From NCBI GenBank assembly GCA_964427615.1, contig CAYRUR010000001.1, forward strand, positions 119,303-183,302: a DNA stretch of 64,000 bases, given 5' to 3'. Positions 19,092-26,258 of this stretch are shown piece by piece. The position numbers and the translations under genes are program-made. How positions within the stretch are numbered: the stretch's first letter is position 1; every line of letters begins with the position of its first letter. The notes below the pieces were generated by a model that saw nothing but the letters and a program-made list of their open reading frames with translations, made no database searches and was not told the origin of the DNA. The DNA comes from an uncultured Gammaproteobacteria bacterium (GTDB lineage Bacteria > Patescibacteriota > Microgenomatia > Levybacterales > GWA1-39-11).

Positions 19092-19240
19092 GTCCCACTA
19101 CACTTCCACTTCCGCTAAAGCTCCAGTGGACAAGAAAGTTTCGTGGGACACACTTCGCAGAGGCCAATTGAGGGAGTAGTGGAATATTGAGTGGCTGTGC
19201 CACACGAAGCTCTGTACTGTAAAGTACGGAGCGAAGTGTG
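19092..19240. repeat. palindromic REP-like array between ssrA and GIY-YIG
   Basis: Inverted repeats CACACTTCGC/GCGAAGTGTG and GTCCCAC/GTGGGAC plus internal hairpins. Confidence 0.6.
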
Positions 19241-19646
19241 GAGATGGGGAGGAGTGACCTCCCGTCCAAAAAATACAAATCACAACGTCTACAAGCATAG
19301 TCAGTTTTTAAGTGTCGTCATATCCTTATCCAACTGACAGGAAAAAATATGACCAAGGCTTTTTAAGAGCACAAAAGACAAGCCAAATCTTTTGCTCTTT
19401 CCTCACCTGGGTTATTGCCTATAAGGAAGCGATGAGGGACTCATCTTATAGACAGCTCGCATTAAGCTGCGAATGCAAAAGCGGGAGTTACCCCAACTTT
19501 TGGCATGGCATCAGCAAAAACTTGCCTGATACCGCGGCTGATGGATTTACCTTCAGCATGTATTATTTGATCCTGTTTTATGACGCATGAATCAACGTCA
19601 GCTTGCTGTTGTAAAAGTGCATTTCCTGTCGAATCAATTCATCCCC
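19239..19646 (-). ncRNA. ssrA: tmRNA
   Basis: 5' GGGGATGAATTGATTCGAC pairs with 3' CATCTCCA (G3-U pair); tag ORF 19557-19462 AEGKSISRGIRQVFADAMPKVGVTPAFAFAA*; directly after smpB. Confidence 0.92.
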
Positions 19647-20088
19647 GTCGTGAAAATCGCTTCAGCTCTTCTTGTGCTTCTCTGTCCAAATCTCTTTGTC
19701 TTAACTCTTTTTTGCGTTCAAATTTCTTTTTTCCTTTGACTAAGGCAATTTCAAGCTTGATTAAGACTCCCGTAGTATAAAGGGCGGTAGGGATGATTGT
19801 CAAGTTACCCTGATCCATTTTTGATTTTAGGGCAAGAATTTGTTTTTTATGCAGTAACAGTTTGCGAGTTCTGCCTTCATCATATCCATCGGTGCGAGCG
19901 AATTGGTATGGATAAATTTTAGCATTCACCAAATGTGCTTCTGAATTCATAATTCGCACATACGATGCAGAGAGATCAGCATGGCCTAGTTTTACTGCTT
20001 TTACTTCTTGTCCGGTCAGCGCAATACCTGCTTCTAATTTTTCTAAAATAGTAAATTCTGCTGGTGCTTTTTTATTTACAATTCTCAT
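19639..20088 (-). CDS. smpB: SsrA-binding protein SmpB
   Basis: NKKA, LEAGIALTGQEVKA, RTRKLLLHK, KGKKKFERK. Confidence 0.96.
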   Translation of the reverse strand: MRIVNKKAPAEFTILEKLEAGIALTGQEVKAVKLGHADLSASYVRIMNSEAHLVNAKIYPYQFARTDGYDEGRTRKLLLHKKQILALKSKMDQGNLTIIPTALYTTGVLIKLEIALVKGKKKFERKKELRQRDLDREAQEELKRFSRRG

Positions 20089-20331
20089 ATGCCCCTTTGC
20101 TTTCAAAGTTTAAATACATAATACCAAACGGAGCTTTGTATGGGTAGTATTGTGAGCTTGTAATGTCAGTGCTGCTTTCGTTTTGAAAGCTACGGTAGGC
20201 ATATACAAATTTGTAATACAAAGCAGAGTGATATAAGTAGGTGTATTGTAGCGCAAATAGGGTAAAATGTGAAAGAGTACAAGTTACGACAAAAAAGAAT
20301 TGTTTGTAAGCCTTACATTACTTACACCATT

Positions 20332-20370
20332 TCCTCTCCCTTTCTAAGGGAGAGGATGAAGGTGAGGGTT
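20332..20370. repeat. left palindromic repeat flanking the DUF559 gene
   Basis: TCCTCTCCCTTTCTAAGGGAGAGGATGAAGGTGAGGGTT. Confidence 0.75.
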
Positions 20371-20380
20371 GATACATACG

Positions 20381-20776
20381 ATGCCAAACCGTAGAAATGA
20401 GGAAAACATACCTGTTGCCAAGAAGCTGAGAAGGAACCAAACTAACTCTGAAAAATTATTATGGTCTTATTTAAGAAATAGGAATATTGATGGGGTAAAA
20501 TTTAGACGACAGTATCCAATAGGAGTGTATGTTCTTGATTTTGTAAGCATTGAAAAGAAACTTGTGGTAGAAATTGATGGAGGACAACACAATGAACAAG
20601 ATCATAAGGAGTATGATGATATACGTTCATCTTGGTTACAACAAGAAGGGTTTCGAGTATTGAGGTTTTGGAATAATGAAATTTTAGAAAATAGTGAAGG
20701 AGTGGTTTTCAAAATAAGAGAAGAATTAGGTAAACCCTCATCCCTACCTTCTCCCTTAAAAAGGGAGAAGGAGTAA
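20381..20776 (+). CDS. DUF559 / Vsr-like endonuclease
   Basis: AKKLRRNQTNSEKLLWSYLR, KFRRQYPIG, EIDGGQH, GFRVLRFWN. Confidence 0.92.
   Translation: MPNRRNEENIPVAKKLRRNQTNSEKLLWSYLRNRNIDGVKFRRQYPIGVYVLDFVSIEKKLVVEIDGGQHNEQDHKEYDDIRSSWLQQEGFRVLRFWNNEILENSEGVVFKIREELGKPSSLPSPLKREKE
20733..20771. repeat. right palindromic repeat (inverted copy of 20332-20370)
   Basis: AACCCTCATCCCTACCTTCTCCCTTAAAAAGGGAGAAGG. Confidence 0.75.
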
Positions 20777-20858
20777 ATTAAGACAGCTTTTCTTAAAAGG
20801 GAAAGAGACGCTACTTGGGAGAAAATATTTTAGGCAGAGTTCTGGTAGGAGTTTTCGT

Positions 20859-22712
20859 TTAGAGTGAAAAAGTATAAATTTTGGAGTTGCTTACAACATA
20901 TAACGTGTGATTTGGTTCATCTACTGCAAATGAGGTGGCATTTTTAAAAATATCTGAAGTATATTGTTTGGCAAACGAACCACTTTTTTGGATAGATACC
21001 ATTCGTTTTCCAGAGGGGTCAAGTACATAAAGATTTGCATAATCAACATCGGTGTAAATACTGCTTCCTTTGCCAATAGAGGTGGGAAGCCCTTGTATAG
21101 AGAAAGCATCTTTGCTGCCTCGTGTATATTTTTGAATACTTCCATCATCTAAAAGAACCCAGACAGAGGCATCAATACTAAATGATACGGGATTTTTAGA
21201 AAAATCAGGTTCTTGGCTAAAATAATCAGTGTCATTATATGCTTCAGGAATAAATTTTTTAATAGTATTTTGGCGCGTATCCAGCACGTAAATGTTATTT
21301 CCAAAGGTACTAATACTTTTTGGAGCTTGTAGGTCTTCTATAATTGTTTCGTTTTCTTTTTCATTCTTTTCTTGTTTGATAACAGAGTCATTAGTAAGCA
21401 TGTAAAAATAGTCTTCATCTGCACTAATATCTACCACCCGTGTTGATTCACCTTCAAAAAATTGTTCTATTTCTCCGCTTTTAGAAAGTAAAACAGCAGA
21501 AGTATTATTTGTTCCTGTGGCAATAATACTGCCCCCTTTAATAGTAATATGCCCAACTTGTTTTATTTTTTCCTGAGATGGATCAAAAAAGAGTTTTTCT
21601 CCTCCCAGTTGTTCTCCTCCTCCTAGTTTTTGAATCTCAGCATTTACTTTTTCAAGGAGGGTATCTAATTGTTCTCGTTCAGGAGTGCCTTGAGGGAATT
21701 TGTCCTGTTCTGCAAGGAGTATTTTTTTGGCTTCATACAGTGTTTCAAGAGCAAGTGGTTTATTTAAAGATGCAAGCGCTATTGCTTCATCCAACTGTTG
21801 CTGGGTAGGTGCAAGAATATGGGCAAACTCTTCTTGTAACTGTTTTTTTTCTTTATTCATGTTTTCATGTATAATTCCGCCTATTAATATACTTAAAAGA
21901 ACAGCGATACCAATACCAATAAGCACATTTTTTTTCAAAAGCACCTCTTTTTTTGGTATATGAAGGTTTTTGATAAAAGAAGAAAGAGTAGCAGGATGAG
22001 GTATGCGCTCTTTAAGGGTGGTGATAAAAGATGGTTTTAGGGCTTCTGGTTTTTCTTGTTTTTGCTCTTCGTCTTTTTCTACTTCTTCGAAAGTTTCCTC
22101 ATCTGCTAAATAGCTTGCATCGTGGCTTTGAATTTGCAGGACTATAGCTGCTTCTGTGCCTTGTGGTTCTGTACTGATAAGCGGAGCAAGTGTTTCTGCA
22201 ATATCCAGGATGTTGATAGTTTTGGTAAAGGTTTGATAGAGGGAGGGATCTATCTTCTGGGCAAAGCCTGGCGTTTGCAGAAAAAGCATATCGTTGTGAC
22301 GTAGCTCTCCTGAAAAGCCAGTAATGCTTTGTGGTTCTGCTTCTGCAATAATTCCAATAGTCTCATCTCTTTTTAAGAGTACTTTTCCGGCTGATGAGAT
22401 AATAATATAAGCAACTCCTTCAATGATCGTTACCAAAACAAGTGAGTGCTCTATTTCAGCAGGGATAATAGATACAGTATTTTCTACTGCTTGTTTTATG
22501 GTAGATAGATTTTTTTCGTCAATTGCAAAGTATTCTCGTTGTAGTTTTTCAAGGACTTCTTTTCCTAAAGTAGTGGGTTGGATATCTGATTCACCCTGTT
22601 TTTTAAGGCTGACTACAACAAACACATGTAACGTGGAAAAAGCCTGCGCCCAGGTTTTTTCTGTTGTATTTGAAACGAGTTTTTCGTGAACAATAGTATA
22701 GTTTTGGTTCAT
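20859..22712 (-). CDS. single-pass membrane protein with a PP2C-like N-terminal region and an NHL/beta-propeller-like C-terminal domain
   Basis: Central TM helix; repeats such as NIYVLDT, VWVLLDDG and LYVLDPS. Confidence 0.6.
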   Translation of the reverse strand: MNQNYTIVHEKLVSNTTEKTWAQAFSTLHVFVVVSLKKQGESDIQPTTLGKEVLEKLQREYFAIDEKNLSTIKQAVENTVSIIPAEIEHSLVLVTIIEGVAYIIISSAGKVLLKRDETIGIIAEAEPQSITGFSGELRHNDMLFLQTPGFAQKIDPSLYQTFTKTINILDIAETLAPLISTEPQGTEAAIVLQIQSHDASYLADEETFEEVEKDEEQKQEKPEALKPSFITTLKERIPHPATLSSFIKNLHIPKKEVLLKKNVLIGIGIAVLLSILIGGIIHENMNKEKKQLQEEFAHILAPTQQQLDEAIALASLNKPLALETLYEAKKILLAEQDKFPQGTPEREQLDTLLEKVNAEIQKLGGGEQLGGEKLFFDPSQEKIKQVGHITIKGGSIIATGTNNTSAVLLSKSGEIEQFFEGESTRVVDISADEDYFYMLTNDSVIKQEKNEKENETIIEDLQAPKSISTFGNNIYVLDTRQNTIKKFIPEAYNDTDYFSQEPDFSKNPVSFSIDASVWVLLDDGSIQKYTRGSKDAFSIQGLPTSIGKGSSIYTDVDYANLYVLDPSGKRMVSIQKSGSFAKQYTSDIFKNATSFAVDEPNHTLYVVSNSKIYTFSL

Positions 22713-22948
22713 AGAAATAGCACAATACCAAATAAAAGTAGTATAGAAAGTATGGCGTGGACATGGGCAAAGGTAGCAAAGATAGGAGAAAAAGAAACTT
22801 GGTCAATGATGCGCGAAAGCGTACGGATTTGATTTGCTAAAATCAGAGCAAATAGAGTGTAGAGAAGCAGTAATACAATAAGCGCAATCTTAAATAAGAA
22901 ATCTTGGTTGAGTGAAAGGGAAAGTAATTGAAAGAATTCTTCGTTCAT
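22709..22948 (-). CDS. small membrane protein (DUF5657-like)
   Basis: Two TM helices, LYTLFALILANQI; 4-nt overlap with the next gene. Confidence 0.6.
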   Translation of the reverse strand: MNEEFFQLLSLSLNQDFLFKIALIVLLLLYTLFALILANQIRTLSRIIDQVSFSPIFATFAHVHAILSILLLFGIVLFL

Positions 22949-22957
22949 ATATACTAA

Positions 22958-23617
22958 TTATATTATAAGGTTTGTGATAATTCTGGCAACTCGAGCAGGT
23001 TGCGGAATTCTATCAAATTCAACATTTACATGCGGCCCAGCGGTTTGGATAGAGACTGAGCCTAGTCCAAAGATAGCATGTAAGCCACCCACTTGTTTGT
23101 AACTAACGTCTTCTATTAGATTCAGTTTTGTCTCTGCAATATCACGTACTAAAATCCCATTCAAGTCTACATCAATAGCACGTTTGTTAGTAATAAGTCC
23201 TACATGAAAGTACCAGAGGGTAAAATTAAGTAGGATAAATCCAGATACGATCAAATAATAAAAAAGTAAAAAGGCAGTAGTCGTAGTAGAGGAAGGGTTA
23301 AAGAATGGAAAGACAGAAAGAAGAGAGGGTAAAAAGAAAGGAACCAAAACCATCACAAATGCACCCAAAATCCAGGTGAGGTTAGTAATAAATCCTCTTC
23401 TGATAAGCAAGATTATCTCTTCATCTTCCTCCTGATATTGGTAATGGACTCCTTTGGGACGGGCAACTAAAGAGCTGTAAAAATGGGGAGAGTGGGGAGT
23501 TGTGATATCAAGATCTTCTACCTCAGTAGTTTTCTTTTTTCCAGAAGTTGTAGAATGAGATTTGGTATCTGATAAATGAAATTCTCCTTTCAGTGGTGAG
23601 TGCGTATCTTTTTCCAT
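22958..23617 (-). CDS. membrane protein with a bacterial PH (bPH_2) domain
   Basis: Two TM helices, then ITNKRAID...IEDVS...FGLGSVSIQTAG. Confidence 0.75.
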   Translation of the reverse strand: MEKDTHSPLKGEFHLSDTKSHSTTSGKKKTTEVEDLDITTPHSPHFYSSLVARPKGVHYQYQEEDEEIILLIRRGFITNLTWILGAFVMVLVPFFLPSLLSVFPFFNPSSTTTTAFLLFYYLIVSGFILLNFTLWYFHVGLITNKRAIDVDLNGILVRDIAETKLNLIEDVSYKQVGGLHAIFGLGSVSIQTAGPHVNVEFDRIPQPARVARIITNLII

Positions 23618-23634
23618 ACAACGTATAAATGTGA

Positions 23635-25353
23635 TTATTTGTGTTCTATATTAAAGAATGCCCAGCCACCTTCACAGGTGCTTTGTGGGATACGAATATA
23701 TCCAGGTGCTCTAAGGCAAACTGCCCTTTTGAATTCGAGACCAGTCATGCTGATATTATTGATTATAACCCGGTTTGTAGTATTATTTCCTTGTTCGATT
23801 TTCACACTTGTTGCTGAGCTTATCCCTCCATGAGTGCTTACGAGATTTCTTAACTCTTCCATGCTATACGGGTTTTTTTCTGGCCAGCAGGAAGTAGTAA
23901 CTGGAGCAATTCTTGAAGTATCAATACCTCCTACCTTGAGAGCAATTGCAGCATTAGCAATATCTGCCATTTCTTCAGGAGAAAGCCATGGATTTGTACG
24001 CCCACAGGTATCACCATACTTGCTTGTACCATTTCTCCACCAAGCTTTATATCCCCATGGAGATCCTGCTGTTTTTTCATACGTCTTATCCATGAAATTT
24101 TCTCCGCGTTGACCATCTGTAGTATCCCAGCCTGATGTATTTAGCCAACCTCCTGTTATGGCTGAATATTGTCTATTATTTATACCTCCTGTCATAATCA
24201 TTCCCTCAGTTTCTTTTACCGCTTGTTTCCATGTGTCAGTATTTTCTTCAAGTTTTACTTCTTGACAGTCTTGATTTGGGCAGACAGTAGATTTACCGTA
24301 TGCATAACTCCTTGCAGCAATTGCTTGCACCTTCAATACTTCTAATGGCCATGATCCAGGCATTTCGTAAATATGTTTTAAATAGTCTTCAAGTTGATAT
24401 GATACGTTGTTGAAATTTTGTCCGTATGTATTTGTTCCATTAACTGTAATAGTTTGATTAGTATCTACCTTGGTAATTTCTACACCAGGATAATAGTGTT
24501 TTAATATTTGCTCTGCTGATTGTCCTTGTTGGACTCTTCCGAGTGCTCCGTATTGGCTCATACCATTTCTATGTGTATATGCGCCTATAGAGAATATTGC
24601 AAAATATCCACTAGGGGCAGTATCTTGAAAACCTTTCAGAGAAGATAGGTATTCATCAGCTAATTCACCACTGCCTATACTAATAGTAAAGTTCCCACTT
24701 CTAGCAGACATGATTTGTTTTTGTTTTGCACTCAATTCTGCAATTTGACTGGAGACTGAGGCTTGATAATTTTTTGCACCAGCTACAACTTCTTCAATCT
24801 TTTGTCTTTCTGCAGCAAGTCTTGTTTTTACACTGCTGAGTCTTTTTTCCTCGCTTTCCAATGTTTTTTTTCGTTGTTCTAAGTCTGCAATTTTGATAGC
24901 TGTGTTGGTGATAATTGCTTTATTTATATCTGCTTTTTGTTTTTGAAATGTTATGGCCTGTATTAGCTCTGAGGCACTGGCACTTGAGAGAAAGATAAGA
25001 ATGGGTGGAAAACTTGCGTTTTGCATGTAGTACTCTCTGCTTGCTCTACTGAAAAGATCTCTTTGTTTTTCAAAATCTTTATATCCTTCTTCGATGTCTT
25101 TTTTCTTACGTACGATATCATTTTCTATAAATGCAATTTGGTTTTCAATGCCTGCGATTTGTTTCTTCATACTTGCGATTTGTGACTCAAGTGGAGTAGT
25201 GGCTTTTTTTGATGCCTCCAGTGCTTGTTGTAGCTCGCTTAATTTCCGATTAATATCATCCAATTCATCAGAGTAAGCAGAAGGCACAGAAGTAGTAAGA
25301 GTGAAAATGACAATAGCAAAGAGTCCACAGGAGAGCAGGAGCAGCTTTTTCAT
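23635..25353 (-). CDS. secreted coiled-coil + SpoIID/LytB-domain peptidoglycan hydrolase
   Basis: Signal peptide, long coiled coil, HRNGMSQYGA, ILKHYYPG, EMPGSWPLEVLKVQAIAARSY. Confidence 0.85.
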   Translation of the reverse strand: MKKLLLLSCGLFAIVIFTLTTSVPSAYSDELDDINRKLSELQQALEASKKATTPLESQIASMKKQIAGIENQIAFIENDIVRKKKDIEEGYKDFEKQRDLFSRASREYYMQNASFPPILIFLSSASASELIQAITFQKQKADINKAIITNTAIKIADLEQRKKTLESEEKRLSSVKTRLAAERQKIEEVVAGAKNYQASVSSQIAELSAKQKQIMSARSGNFTISIGSGELADEYLSSLKGFQDTAPSGYFAIFSIGAYTHRNGMSQYGALGRVQQGQSAEQILKHYYPGVEITKVDTNQTITVNGTNTYGQNFNNVSYQLEDYLKHIYEMPGSWPLEVLKVQAIAARSYAYGKSTVCPNQDCQEVKLEENTDTWKQAVKETEGMIMTGGINNRQYSAITGGWLNTSGWDTTDGQRGENFMDKTYEKTAGSPWGYKAWWRNGTSKYGDTCGRTNPWLSPEEMADIANAAIALKVGGIDTSRIAPVTTSCWPEKNPYSMEELRNLVSTHGGISSATSVKIEQGNNTTNRVIINNISMTGLEFKRAVCLRAPGYIRIPQSTCEGGWAFFNIEHK

Positions 25354-25397
25354 AGGTAGCAACATTATAGCAGAAGGAGAAAATTATGCCAAAAGAT

Positions 25398-26105
25398 TTA
25401 CTTCTGTATTTCTTTTACGTTTTTATATACCAGGTACATAAAAATAATACCCAGAGGAGTGATAATCAGACTTACGAGGGAATCCAAAATAGTGAGAACA
25501 ATCATATCTCTAATACCAAAGATAGTAGATAGAATACCAAGTACTAAATAAGTCCCTATGAAGAAGAAAACAAGAAAAACTATTTTGCCAAAGACTGCAA
25601 ACCAAAGACCGGTAACATACTGTTTGCTTTTCTTAAACGATTCAACAATACCTGTATTTTCAAATACTAAAGTGTATGTTGCCAGACTGAACCACACCAA
25701 CAAAATGATGCCCGGAATAATCAACAGTAAAAATCCTCCAAAGACAGCAAGTCCAGCAAGCAGCAGGACAGCAAAGTAAGGAAGTATTTTATTGGGAGTT
25801 TTTTTATAAGCTTCAGAAATGGTAAGTGTTTTGGATGGTATAGCATAGAGCGTAGCAATGCTAGAGGCAATGGTAGCTACCAAATACAAAAGACTCAATG
25901 GCAGAATAAGGAAATCAATAGAGTCTATGGTATTTGTCATATTATTTCTGTCCGGGGTTATCAAAGCGATAATGATATTTAAAATAACGGGGATTGCAGT
26001 AATACCAATAAAAAGTTGATATTTTTCTTTGAAAATGTTTACTGTTTTATCAAAAAGGTCAAATGAACTTGGAAGTTGTTTGGAATGAGAATTGTCAGAT
26101 GCCAC
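25398..26105 (-). CDS. integral membrane protein
   Basis: Multiple TM helices, LLIIPGII motif; start moved to GTG 26105 because the longer ORF overlaps a tRNA. Confidence 0.7.
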   Translation of the reverse strand: MASDNSHSKQLPSSFDLFDKTVNIFKEKYQLFIGITAIPVILNIIIALITPDRNNMTNTIDSIDFLILPLSLLYLVATIASSIATLYAIPSKTLTISEAYKKTPNKILPYFAVLLLAGLAVFGGFLLLIIPGIILLVWFSLATYTLVFENTGIVESFKKSKQYVTGLWFAVFGKIVFLVFFFIGTYLVLGILSTIFGIRDMIVLTILDSLVSLIITPLGIIFMYLVYKNVKEIQK

Positions 26106-26143
26106 AACTTTAGTAAACCAGGAATTACCGAGAGTGTCAAGTG

Positions 26144-26215
26144 TGCGCCCGGATGGATTCGAACCATCGACATCTACTTTATAAGAGTAGCGCTCTGCCC
26201 CTGAGCTACGGGCGC
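26144..26215 (-). tRNA. tRNA-Ile (anticodon UAU)
   Basis: GCGCCCG/CGGGCGC-A acceptor; anticodon arm CTACT-CTTATAA-AGTAG; T arm GATGG-TTCGAAT-CCATC; CCA not encoded. Confidence 0.92.
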
Positions 26216-26258
26216 CCAACGTGGGGATATTATATCAAATAACGTAGGCAAAAAAACG

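Noticed and set aside
19078-19590. Short ORFs over the tmRNA and palindrome array
   Set aside because: They overlap structured RNA or repeat sequence and do not resemble proteins
26106-26219. N-terminal extension of ORF 25398..26219
   Set aside because: It is a read-through of the tRNA-Ile gene; GTG 26105 is the more plausible start
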